A DNA stretch of 64,000 bases, from contig CP060754.1 in assembly GCA_023205875.1 (NCBI GenBank), forward strand, positions 1,302,001 to 1,366,000, read 5' to 3'. The DNA comes from Chloropicon primus (Eukaryota). The position numbers were made by a program, and so were the translations under genes. This document shows, one piece after another, positions 53,558-63,232 of the stretch. A model generated the notes under the pieces. It was not told the origin of the DNA and made no database searches. It saw only the letters and a program-made list of their open reading frames with translations. Numbering within the stretch: the stretch's first letter is position 1; each line of letters begins with the position of its first letter.

Positions 53558-55497
53558 ACGTACGCGGCGGCGGTCTCGTGTCGTCGGTGGCGATGAGGAG
53601 GAGAAAAGGCCATGATGGCACAGAGTGATATTTGTATCTACAGCTTGCTTATATCTAGTCTCCTACGGCTTGTTTTGCTCTCACGGTAATCTCCCTCCTC
53701 ACTCTTCCTGCTTGACCTTGACAATGGAAGGGACCGCCTTGCTCGGTCTTCTCTTCGACGAACGACGAGCATTGCAGAGCCCGACCTCTTCGAGGTACTC
53801 TCTCTTCACAATGCATTGTTCCTTGTCGCTCAGCTTAAGAGATGCGTCCGCAAAGATGATCCTCAACGCCTCGTTGTAGTCCGCGATCTCTCTCTTCTTC
53901 TCCGGGGACTTGCTGTCATAACACTGGGCCTCCTGCACGGCTTCGGCGTACTCCTCCTCCGTCATCAGGCCGGACTCGAGAGCCTCTCTCAAATCCAAAG
54001 CATAGGGAGAAGGAGAACTCATCGTCTTCATGTTGTTGTTGTTGTTGGCGGCGTTGGAATTCTGCTCATTGAGGTTGTCGGCGGTTGATCGATTCAAGTA
54101 TTTCTTGGCAATGGCATAAGTTCCACGTGCAGTGCGAGCAACGCGGGGGCTGTGTCTACAAGCAGACCTGACACAGTGCAGCATTCTCTCCAGATCAGTA
54201 GAAACAGAACCATCCATACGCCTGAACACATGTAGCTTCTTGGCCTGGATCCGTGCATGGATCTCTTTGACGCGCAAGCTCCTTCCCGCATCTTGAAGAA
54301 CGCGATAGACGGCATCCCGAAGCGGTGAGGTGCTGACAGCATCTTGAGTATTGGACCCATTCAAGGGTTCCTTGGCAATGGCAGAAGTTCCACGTGCAGT
54401 GCGAACAAAGCGGGGGCTCTTTGAACAAGCAGTCCCGACACATATCCGCATACTCTCCGGATCAGTAGAAACAGAACCATTCAGACGCCTAAACACATAT
54501 AGCTTCTTCGCCTGGATCCGGCCAAGGATCTCTTTGGCGCGCAAGCTTCCTCCCGCATCTTGAAGAACACGATAGATGGCATCCCGAAGCGTTGAGGTGC
54601 TGACAGCACCTTGAGTATTGGACCCATTCAAGTATTCCTTGGCAATGGCATATCTTCCCAAGGCAGTGCGAACGAAGAAGGGGCTCGCTATGCAAGCCCC
54701 ATTGACAGCTTTCCGCATTCTCTTCGGATCAGTATGAACAGAGCCATCTCTCCGCCTGAACACATACAACTTCTTGGCCTGGATCCGTGCATGGATCTCT
54801 TGGGCGCACAAGCTCCCTCCCGCAGCATCTTGAAGAACGAGATAGACGGCAGTCACAAGAGTTCTCTTTCCATTGCGAGTCCTGAAAGGACGTGCGTTGC
54901 CTCCCATCATAGTCACCTCTGCTGGCTCAGGTTGGCAGGACGAATCCGCACCACCACTATCCTCCTCACTGTCGCTCTCCTCTTCGATGATCGTCGTAGA
55001 GCCCGTCACGAAGCTCGCCAAACACTCTCCGTCCACGTCCATGTCCATGGCACCTGGGGACAACCCTCCCTTGTCGTCATCACCACCGGCGACGGCCCTC
55101 GCCGCCGCGATCATCGCCGCCGTCGACCTGGTGCGTGTCCAGCGTCTCTGTCTCGTGGGACGCCTCATGATAAAACAAAGCACCGCAAAACACTGCACAG
55201 CTCGACGAAGACTTGCCTTCCTCTTCCTCTTCACGAACCGAGCCAACAACTCGCAAAACAAACTTCGAGGCAGCCTTCTCTAACGCCTGTCGTCTCAAAG
55301 GGAGGACCACTCCTCTTTTTCGTGAAAACCTTCAGCTGAGGTATCAATCGAAAGCCCTTGAGACGCCCTTGCGTTCTTTCCACACCTCCTCCCTTTCCTC
55401 GTCCCCGTCCGTGCACAAAGTCCTCGACAAGCACCTACCCTCTCCCCGTCATGCGCCGACAAACCCCCGCGAGGCGTTATCCGTTCTCTCTCTCTCC
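53558..55497 (-). repeat. Duplicated cassette, copy B (inverted relative to 29514-31807)
   Basis: Reverse complement matches copy A at both ends and throughout; shorter by one 267-bp repeat and one ~85-bp acidic repeat. Confidence 0.92.
53699..55168 (-). CDS. Paralog with three tandem HARE-HTH-like repeats
   Basis: N- and C-terminal parts are nearly identical to 29843-31663; three 89-aa units. Confidence 0.75.
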   Translation of the reverse strand: MRRPTRQRRWTRTRSTAAMIAAARAVAGGDDDKGGLSPGAMDMDVDGECLASFVTGSTTIIEEESDSEEDSGGADSSCQPEPAEVTMMGGNARPFRTRNGKRTLVTAVYLVLQDAAGGSLCAQEIHARIQAKKLYVFRRRDGSVHTDPKRMRKAVNGACIASPFFVRTALGRYAIAKEYLNGSNTQGAVSTSTLRDAIYRVLQDAGGSLRAKEILGRIQAKKLYVFRRLNGSVSTDPESMRICVGTACSKSPRFVRTARGTSAIAKEPLNGSNTQDAVSTSPLRDAVYRVLQDAGRSLRVKEIHARIQAKKLHVFRRMDGSVSTDLERMLHCVRSACRHSPRVARTARGTYAIAKKYLNRSTADNLNEQNSNAANNNNNMKTMSSPSPYALDLREALESGLMTEEEYAEAVQEAQCYDSKSPEKKREIADYNEALRIIFADASLKLSDKEQCIVKREYLEEVGLCNARRSSKRRPSKAVPSIVKVKQEE

Positions 55498-55520
55498 AAA
55501 TTCCATTTCTCAGGGGACGA

Positions 55521-56894
55521 ATGGCGATGGCGATGGCGCGGGGAGGTGCTTTGGTGGCCGCACTTTGGGCGGTGGTGCTTGCCCTGTCGCGGCCGGCGGA
55601 GGCGACGGAGACGAATGACAACTACAATTTAAGGGGAGGTGCGAGGCAGGGCGGCGTCACGACGACGGGTCTTGATAGGATGTGTTCCTCTCCTTCCTTT
55701 GCCAAAGTTGTGACCGGTGGCAAGCCGACGTGCATCCTCGCCCACGCTGCGTCCGTCCTTCCTGACTTGACGCATGCCGTGGATGCTTTGGCTCAGACGA
55801 GCTCCGGCGTGAAGTTGACATCGGTGTTGGCGCCGGAGCACGGGTTCAGGGGCGCTCAGCAAGCGGGGCATGGAGGGAAGAACTCCACCGTGGACCCTCG
55901 GACGGGCCTGCAGGTGTACAGCATCTACCTTAAGGGCTACGAGCAGATCTTGTCCCTGATGCAGAAGGATGGATCTCAGGTGGTGCTTGTTGACCTCCAG
56001 GATTGTGGTGCTCGGTTCTATACTTACATATGGAGCCTGTATGATGTGCTGGTGGCCGCGGCGGGGTCCAAGGTGGGAGGCCAGGGCGCCGGTTACCCGG
56101 TGAAGGTTGTGGTTCTGGACCGGCCAAACCCCTTGGGGGGCGAGAGGATCGGCGGCCCTGTCCTCGATGCGGACTTCAGCAGCGGCGTGGGGAAGAGGCC
56201 GCTGAGTATGCAGCACGGGATGACGATAGGGGAGTTGGCGAACTTGTTTAACGAGGAGTACGTGGGGCTGGAGGACTTCAGCAAGGGGAACAAGGCCGAC
56301 CTGCAAGTGGTGACGATGGAGAACTGGAGAAGGGAGCTCTCGTTTACGGATACCGGGCTGCCCTACGTCCCCCCGAGCCCGAACCTGCCCACCCCCACGA
56401 GCGTTTACCTTTACGTGGGACTTGGACTCATCGAGGGGGTGAACATTAGCGAGGGGAGGGGGACTGCCCTGCCTTTCCAGCTGATAGGGGCGCCCTACAT
56501 GGGCTGGGAGTACGCGGACGCGCTGAGGAAGCTGCAAATGGACGGGACCGAGGTAAGGGAAGCTTATTTTGTTCCGGTGATGAGCAAGCACGCGAACCAG
56601 ACTTGCGGCGGGGTGGAGGTGTCCTTGCCCCCCAAGGGTGGCCCGCAGGGGGAGCTGGATGCGATCAGGGTCGGCATCCAAGTCATTAAGCTGGCCCACG
56701 ATATGTACAAGGACCAAGGGGGGTTCGATTGGGTGAAGAGTGGCTCGAGATACTGGATCGACCTCCTCACCGGGAACGAGCTGGTGAGAACCGGCATCGA
56801 GAGCGGTCTTCAGGTGGACCAGATCGTCGCACAGTGGCAGCACGAGCTCGAGTGGTTCAAAATCTTGGCCCAGAAGTACCTCCTCTATCAATGA
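55521..56894 (+). CDS. namZ: Exo-beta-N-acetylmuramidase NamZ/YbbC (DUF1343, GH171)-like, with signal peptide
   Basis: APEHGFRG, DLQD.GARFYTYI, LDRPNPLGG, HGMTIGELA, PPSPNLPT, SEGRGT.LPF..IGAP, IDLL.G; hydrophobic N-terminus ALVAALWAVVLALSRPAEA. Confidence 0.92.
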   Translation: MAMAMARGGALVAALWAVVLALSRPAEATETNDNYNLRGGARQGGVTTTGLDRMCSSPSFAKVVTGGKPTCILAHAASVLPDLTHAVDALAQTSSGVKLTSVLAPEHGFRGAQQAGHGGKNSTVDPRTGLQVYSIYLKGYEQILSLMQKDGSQVVLVDLQDCGARFYTYIWSLYDVLVAAAGSKVGGQGAGYPVKVVVLDRPNPLGGERIGGPVLDADFSSGVGKRPLSMQHGMTIGELANLFNEEYVGLEDFSKGNKADLQVVTMENWRRELSFTDTGLPYVPPSPNLPTPTSVYLYVGLGLIEGVNISEGRGTALPFQLIGAPYMGWEYADALRKLQMDGTEVREAYFVPVMSKHANQTCGGVEVSLPPKGGPQGELDAIRVGIQVIKLAHDMYKDQGGFDWVKSGSRYWIDLLTGNELVRTGIESGLQVDQIVAQWQHELEWFKILAQKYLLYQ

Positions 56895-57187
56895 TGTAGA
56901 CGGAGACGGAAGACGGAGATGGAGAGATGGAACTCCACCTCCATCTGTCCCTCGTTCCTCCATAACTCCATCCTCCATAACTTTTATAATTTTTTTGATT
57001 CAAAACCAAACCATCTGTCTTGCTGTTTCTGTCCCACAAGAGCAAGAGGAACTGCCGAGGTGCTGCCGATCGTCCGAGTTGCTCGTTGCCCGGCGCTTGG
57101 CGAATGAAGCGACGCGACGCGAGGGAAGACTAGCAGCCACGACAGCGTTGCGGAACTCGGCCAAAGGTAGCATCTTGGTTCGTCGCC

Positions 57188-57952
57188 ATGAGCGAAACGG
57201 AGACGGAAGAGAAGAGTCCCGTGGAGGTCGGGACCCCGGAGAGGGAAGGGGTGAGGTCCGAGGAGGAGGAGGAGGAGGAGGAAGCAGCAGAGGAGCTTGA
57301 GCTCGTGACGGCTGCGATGCAGAACGGGAAGGACATGAGTCTCGTGGTGGACTCAGCTGCGGGAGCGCTGGAGGACATGGACACGGCCATCAAGGGGCTT
57401 CGAGACTGGCAGAGAGAACACAGCGAGCAGGTGGCGCGGTTGGAGAAGGAGAACGAGAACCTGCTTAAGAGTCTCTTGGAGCAAGGCAGCTCGAGGTCGA
57501 TGGCTGAGGGCCAGGGTGATGCCGAGAACGAGGCTCCCGCTGCGGAAAACGCCGAGTACCTGGACATACTGAACGAGCTCAAAAAGTACGAGTCGAGGCC
57601 TGAAGTGGTGGAGAAGGTTTTGGGTGCGGTTTCATCAGTGGGGAAGACAGAACTCAGCGAGGAGAAGCTTAGGCTCGTCACCTCAGCCGCGAAGATGACC
57701 TTCGCAGTGGAGGCCGAGAAAGCTGGGAAGAGCCCAGACCGACGTCCTGAGGTCTCGGACTCCACAAAGTCCATACTGCAAGAAGCCGACGAGCTGCTTC
57801 AGTCCCTCGCTTCCGAGGAGGATGACCAGGGGTTGCTGAGCGGGAGCTCGAACGACGCGATTGCCTGGAGCTCTGACTTGCAGTCTGTGCTATCGAAGCT
57901 GGAGATGCTGGAATCGCCTTCGAAACAAGTGAAGCAGGAAGACGCCGCGTGA
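57188..57952 (+). CDS. Hypothetical acidic coiled-coil protein
   Basis: 254-aa ATG-initiated ORF with coding-like codon bias; no recognised motif. Confidence 0.6.
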   Translation: MSETETEEKSPVEVGTPEREGVRSEEEEEEEEAAEELELVTAAMQNGKDMSLVVDSAAGALEDMDTAIKGLRDWQREHSEQVARLEKENENLLKSLLEQGSSRSMAEGQGDAENEAPAAENAEYLDILNELKKYESRPEVVEKVLGAVSSVGKTELSEEKLRLVTSAAKMTFAVEAEKAGKSPDRRPEVSDSTKSILQEADELLQSLASEEDDQGLLSGSSNDAIAWSSDLQSVLSKLEMLESPSKQVKQEDAA

Positions 57953-58061
57953 GGGCGCAGGCGCAGGTTCTCAGTAGAGTCCAGGCAAAAACAACAACGA
58001 GTAAACCATTTTTTCTTTTTCTTTTTTTGTGGGGGGAGAACGAAGACCGGTGTCATTCACC

Positions 58062-59681
58062 TTAGCACGCCTGTGCGGAGTACACGCTCCACGAGTACAC
58101 AGAAAAACCAAAGGCCAGAGCAGCCCCAAAGGTGGCGGACACGTAGATCCAGCCCTTGAAGTTCCTGGGGTATTCGAACGAGTATTTGTGGACTTCGGCG
58201 ACGAAGGTGGACACCGTGCTGAGAGACCCATTGAACCCGGTCTCAAATGCGCCCATTCCAACGGCGAGCCAGTAAAGGTTGGTCTCCGAGATGCAGTAGT
58301 GCCGCTCGAACGCCGAGACAATGGAGTTGAGGAGCGTGCCCGTGAGGTTGATGGAAAACGTTCCCAGCGGAAACCAGGCCATCTGGCCCTTCAACACTCC
58401 CGACTTGTTGTTGTTGAAGTTCATTGACATCTTCCACCGGGCAAAGCACCCGAACGGTGCGAAGAGCAAGGACATCCAGCACTTCCTGCGCTTGTAACTG
58501 CCATCGTACCTCAAGAGGCAGGCCCACAAGGTCGTCAGGGCCAGGAAAGCCACAGTGAAGACGACATTGCTGAAGGCGATCAGCCTCCTCTGCCCCTTGC
58601 TCGCTTCGCTTTTGGGGAGGCTCTTCTTGCTCCCCGTTCCTTCCCTTGGACCTCCTCTCGCGGCGCTGCTTGGCGCGGGTGGGAAATCGCCGCACTCCCG
58701 AAGCGACAAGTTCTCGCTCGTCAGGACGAGAGGCCCCTGCACCTCGTACTTTTGCGAGACGACATCGGCGGCCGGCACGCTCGGATCCGGGTTTCTCCTC
58801 ACGAGCCACACCTCGTCCCCCTTCCCCCCCTCGAGGACGTGAATGGCCGGCGTCGTCCCGCTCTCCCCCCCGCCGTCTTCCGGAAGCGCGGGCGGCGGCC
58901 CTCTCGGCCGGTGGTTGATCGTGGACAGGATGGCGTTCTTCCTGATGTTGTGCCACAGCCTGACCCTCTCCCTCTTGTCGCGGTGACTCACTCCGACGAC
59001 CCACATGTGCATCCTAATCGCGGCGTGCTCCCCCAGGATGAAGCACAGGAGCGAGGAGGAGACCTCGAGGAGGAGGACGATGGCGACGGCCCCGACCCTG
59101 CAAGAACAAGGAGAAGAAGAAGAAGAAAAAGGCGGAGGTCGAGTCAGTCGAGGTTCTGCCAGGGGAAGCCAGAAGCCCACGCACCTTCCCCTCGTCAGGA
59201 TCGACACCATCTGAAAGGCCCAGCTCGCGAAGGTTGTCAGGGAGCCGCAAAACCCCACCCTGAGTCCGAGGAGGAGGTCCTCGTGGTGCTGAATCAGGTG
59301 GTCCTCGGGCAGGAAGCTCACGGGCATTTTGGGCTGCTCGAACCACACGAGGTGGGCCTTGTTCTCCGTGAGGAACCCCATGAAGAAGGACCCCACCATG
59401 TTCGCCACGAGGATCCCCAGCACGCTCCTCACCTCGTCCTCGGCGCTGCTGGAGCAGCTGGGACCGTCGGCGAGCACGTCGTGCCCGTAGCAGGTGGAGG
59501 TGATGCCCTCGTCGATCCAGAAGCGGACGAGCACGCCGAGCTGGGCCCACAAAGCGAGGTGGACGAGGGTGAAGAGGGCGCCTCCTCCTCCCGGGAGGAG
59601 GAGGGCAGGGGGGGAGGAAGAGGGCCACGACGCGGGCACGCCCCCCCCTTCGCGGGGACTCCTTCCCATCTCCACCTCCAT
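58062..59681 (-). CDS. Fluoride exporter FEX (tandem CrcB/Fluc domains); probable in-frame intron 59184-59098
   Basis: ANMVGSFFMG, GLRVGFCGSLTTFASW; second domain APFGCFARW, PLGTF.IN..G, GFNGSLSTVSTF.AE. Confidence 0.92.
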   Translation of the reverse strand: MEVEMGRSPREGGGVPASWPSSSPPALLLPGGGGALFTLVHLALWAQLGVLVRFWIDEGITSTCYGHDVLADGPSCSSSAEDEVRSVLGILVANMVGSFFMGFLTENKAHLVWFEQPKMPVSFLPEDHLIQHHEDLLLGLRVGFCGSLTTFASWAFQMVSILTRGRCVGFWLPLAEPRLTRPPPFSSSSSPCSCRVGAVAIVLLLEVSSSLLCFILGEHAAIRMHMWVVGVSHRDKRERVRLWHNIRKNAILSTINHRPRGPPPALPEDGGGESGTTPAIHVLEGGKGDEVWLVRRNPDPSVPAADVVSQKYEVQGPLVLTSENLSLRECGDFPPAPSSAARGGPREGTGSKKSLPKSEASKGQRRLIAFSNVVFTVAFLALTTLWACLLRYDGSYKRRKCWMSLLFAPFGCFARWKMSMNFNNNKSGVLKGQMAWFPLGTFSINLTGTLLNSIVSAFERHYCISETNLYWLAVGMGAFETGFNGSLSTVSTFVAEVHKYSFEYPRNFKGWIYVSATFGAALAFGFSVYSWSVYSAQAC

Positions 59682-59736
59682 CGCACTCGCGAGAAGCTCC
59701 CTTCCGTCGCCCTGCTACACCCGGTGCGAGAGAGAG

Positions 59737-59770
<34 letters not shown>

Positions 59771-60257
59771 AATGTGCGTGTGAAGGCCAGAGCACACGAG
59801 GAGGAGGAGGAGGAGAGAGAGAGAGGGGGGGCGGTGGTGGTGCTCTCCACGCCCCCCTCGTACCTTGTCCCAGGCCATGCAGCCTCAACCCGAGGCCATC
59901 CGCTCCCGACCCAATGCAACCGCGTCCTCAATTCCCAAGAAAGCAAGATAGGGGAGAAGAGACGGAGCAACCCTCGTGCCTCCCCTCGGGAGCGCGCGCA
60001 CGCCGCGAGCGAGCGAGCGAGCGAGAGCGAGAAACAACGACGAACGACGATTGAAGCCCAGCAACAGCTCAACTCAGCCGTTACGAATCGGTTACACTCG
60101 TGTTGCCTGGTAACCTCTTTCTTCGAACGATCGGAGATAAGATCGGGGGAGATCTCATTGGTCAAGAGATCTTCTTCAAGGCAGGCGCTGAAGGAAGAGA
60201 GAGAGGAGGCGAGAGAGACGAGACGAGAGACGAGACGAGAGAGACAGAGGACCAACC

Positions 60258-60951
60258 ATGAGCATGAACGCGGGGAGCAGAGTATGCCTCGGAAGCAAGA
60301 ACGCTGTCGCCACCAGGCCACGCGTCACCGTCCCGGCAAGGGTAAGAGAACCAAGAACCGAGAGCCGAACGAAACCACAATGATATGGGATGGGGTCTCT
60401 TTCGTGTTTCTTCAGGACTTTTTTTGCGTGTTTTTTATGCAGGGGGTGTGCACCGTGCTGACGCTTCCGCTTTCCCTTTCTCTTCCTTCCCTCGCCCCCT
60501 CTCTCCCTCTCTCTGCCTCGTCAGAGCCTGGCTCCTCGCGCGAGGATTGCAGCGAACAAGATGATCAGGTGTGACTGGCTGTCAGAGCACTTGAACAGCG
60601 GCGGCTTCATCGGATCCCAGACCAACATCGTAAGTGGCGGGAGCTTTCGTGGTCAAATCGGCGAGGAATGCATTCGCTTCTCGCTCTGTGTCGCTGACTT
60701 TTCGTTGTTGTTGCTTTCTCCTCCCCTCTCCCCTCTGCGCTTCCTAGGCCGTGTGCACGGGAACGGCCATCATGTTGTTCGCCGTGAGGAACGGCTGGGC
60801 TCCAAGCACCTCCCAGAACTCGAAGCTCGAGAAGGGTCTCGGTTTGGAGGACTCTGGATCGGACATGCTCTCCGGAGACCCAATGGGTGAGTAGTAGTGT
60901 CGGAGGGTGTGTGTGTGCGTGTGTGTGAGAGAGAGGCAGAGCAAAGAGAGC

Positions 60952-60982
<31 letters not shown>

Positions 60983-61178
60983 CGGGTGGATCGACTTCTC
61001 GTGCTCTTTTTTTCTTGCTGAGGCGAGGCAAGCGCTGACTTGAATTTTTTTCTCCCTCCTTGGTCTCCACTTGCTGCGCGCCGCAGGAATGACGTTCGTG
61101 GACGTGTTGGCAGCCGGATCCTTTGGACACATCCTCGCCGCAGGAATGCTCTTGGGACTCCACAACATGGGAAAGTAA
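60258..61178 (+). CDS. psaK: Photosystem I subunit K; exons 60258-60341, 60525-60629, 60748-60886 and 61087-61178
   Basis: Spliced product: transit peptide, GFIGSQTNI, MLFAVRNGWAPS, SGDPMGMTFVDVLAAGSFGHILAAGMLLGL; canonical GT-AG junctions; not visible as one ORF in the track. Confidence 0.88.
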
Positions 61179-61330
61179 GGAACCAGAGCGGGCTCCGAAG
61201 GGTTGTGAGAGAAGGCGGCAGAGCGATAATTTCTGTTATTTAGAGAAGGATTTCGATTTCAAGGAGCAGGCACACGCGGCACGCGCTGCTGCGTGTTTTT
61301 GGGATTGCGAGAGAACACCCCCCCGCCCTC

Positions 61331-61648
61331 CTAGGTGTCCTCCCAGAACGCCAGGCCCCTCTTGCCCACCTGCTTCACCATCCTCGCCCTGGTCTCCTTG
61401 TCCATGCCCGACATGCTCTTCACCCACTTGTTGTGCGTCTCCAGCATCCTCCGCCTCTCCTCGTCCGAGAGCGGGCACGCCGGGTCGAACGGGTCCACGG
61501 CCACCACGATGCCGCCTTTCTCGCGACCCTCCTCCCCCTCCTCCTTCCTCGACGACGACGCTGGCGAAGGTTGTGGGGCGAGGGTTGTGGGGCAGTTCTC
61601 CTTCCCGCTGCCGTCCCACGCCTTGGAAAACTTCCACCTCCAGCTCAT
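61331..61648 (-). CDS. Hypothetical small protein
   Basis: 105-aa ATG ORF with G/C-ending codons; no motif recognised. Confidence 0.4.
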   Translation of the reverse strand: MSWRWKFSKAWDGSGKENCPTTLAPQPSPASSSRKEEGEEGREKGGIVVAVDPFDPACPLSDEERRRMLETHNKWVKSMSGMDKETRARMVKQVGKRGLAFWEDT

Positions 61649-61976
61649 GACGCCCGCGGAACCCTAGCGACGAAGACGACGCACGCGAGGGCGACGCCAA
61701 TTGCCGATGTACGATGTACGATGTACGATGAGCCGCGCGCGAGAGAGAGGCCTGTCTCTCTGTCTCGTCTCTCCAAATTCTAATTTTTTTTCGAGGAGAG
61801 AAGACGATGACCTTGGATCTCAGTAACCGACACGCCACAACCTTAAAAGAAAGAGGCCAAGAGCGCAGAGCCGCACGCCAGACAAGAGAGAGCAGAGTTT
61901 CGACGACGACGACGACGACGTGTGTTGTGTGTGTACACCAGAGCAGAAGAAGAGTGTGTTTGCGTTTGCGAGGAGG

Positions 61977-62288
61977 ATGATGAAGACGAAGGTTCTTGCG
62001 GTTGCGGCAGTGATGATGGTGTTTGTTTCGGTGGTTTCGGCCACAGCCGTGAAGCAGCACAGGAGGTTGCAGCAGAACCCGTTCCCTCTGGACTGGGAGG
62101 GTTTCTCCGAATCCCTCCTGGACGAGTTGTCCGACAACTACGACTTTGGAGACCTCCTTGGCGTCCCGACGACGAACGGCTACGATTCCGTCTTCAACGA
62201 GTTCGTCCTCGCGTTGGGGGCCATCCTCGGGGCGGGTGCCCAGAGGGCCTACGACGGGCCCGTCGCCGCGGCGAGCCCCTTGGGATAA
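61977..62288 (+). CDS. Small secreted protein/peptide precursor
   Basis: Signal peptide MMKTKVLAVAAVMMVFVSVVSA, RRL motif, acidic body. Confidence 0.55.
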   Translation: MMKTKVLAVAAVMMVFVSVVSATAVKQHRRLQQNPFPLDWEGFSESLLDELSDNYDFGDLLGVPTTNGYDSVFNEFVLALGAILGAGAQRAYDGPVAAASPLG

Positions 62289-62920
62289 GAAGCCGCCGCT
62301 GCTCTCTCTGTCTCTCTCTGTCTGTCTGTGTGACTCCCCCGGCGGCGGAGGAGGTCTCTGTCTGTGGGCACCTCGGCTGCTGGCGGGGAGGAGTCAGGGA
62401 GGAGGGCGAGGAGTTTGGCCGCATGCCTGGTCTCTTGTAACAAGGTTTACCCACTTTTTCCTTCTTCTTTTTCTTTGGTCAACGAGAACGAACGAGCGAG
62501 ACGACTTGGACGATCCCCAACCCGGCTCACACCTTCACAAGAGGCACACACAAAAGACGCGCACAAACGAGGGAAAAAGGAACACGGGACGACTGGGGGG
62601 TGGCTTTTCGACTTTCACCTCTTGGATCTCTCTCGGTGTCATCATTCAGTCAGCACGCACGCGCGCGTACAACAACATGGGACAAGCTTCCGCTCTGAAT
62701 ATTTAGTGTCGTGGTTTCCTTCGCGAGTCGTCGTCGTCGTCTTCACATCTCCGCGGGAGGCCCCCTCGCGCTCCCTCCACCCCCATCATCCTCGCACGCG
62801 GGTGGTGCACCGAGGACAGGCCCCGAGCTCAACTCAACTCTCAGCCGAGCGGGACCCCGCGTTCTTCCGGAGCGCCTCAACCCCCAAGGCGCCCCAAGGC
62901 ACCGCTCCCCCCTCACCCTC

Positions 62921-63232
62921 TCACTTGCTCGCCTTGGCCTCCAACTCCCTCCTCACTGCCTCCTCGAGCTCCTCCTTGGCCCCTCCGGGGCTCGTCCCCC
63001 GCACCGCCCTCATGGTGTACAAGTACGCTCCCCCCACGAAGAAGCACAGGCTGACACCAAAGACCCAGTTGGGCAGCCCCGTCTTGGTCTTCCTCCCTTG
63101 GCCGTACCCTGCCGCCCTGAGCATCTCCGGGTAGTCTGACTTCTTCATCCTGAATGCCGTCGGACTCACGACCTTGCTCCCACCACCACCGACTCCTCCC
63201 TTCTCATTCCTCTCGAACGGCGTCTTCGCCAT
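62921..63232 (-). CDS. COA3/CCDC56-like cytochrome c oxidase assembly factor
   Basis: Single TM NWVFGVSLCFFVGGAYLYTMRAV followed by a short acidic helix, as in plant COA3-like proteins. Confidence 0.6.
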   Translation of the reverse strand: MAKTPFERNEKGGVGGGGSKVVSPTAFRMKKSDYPEMLRAAGYGQGRKTKTGLPNWVFGVSLCFFVGGAYLYTMRAVRGTSPGGAKEELEEAVRRELEAKASK

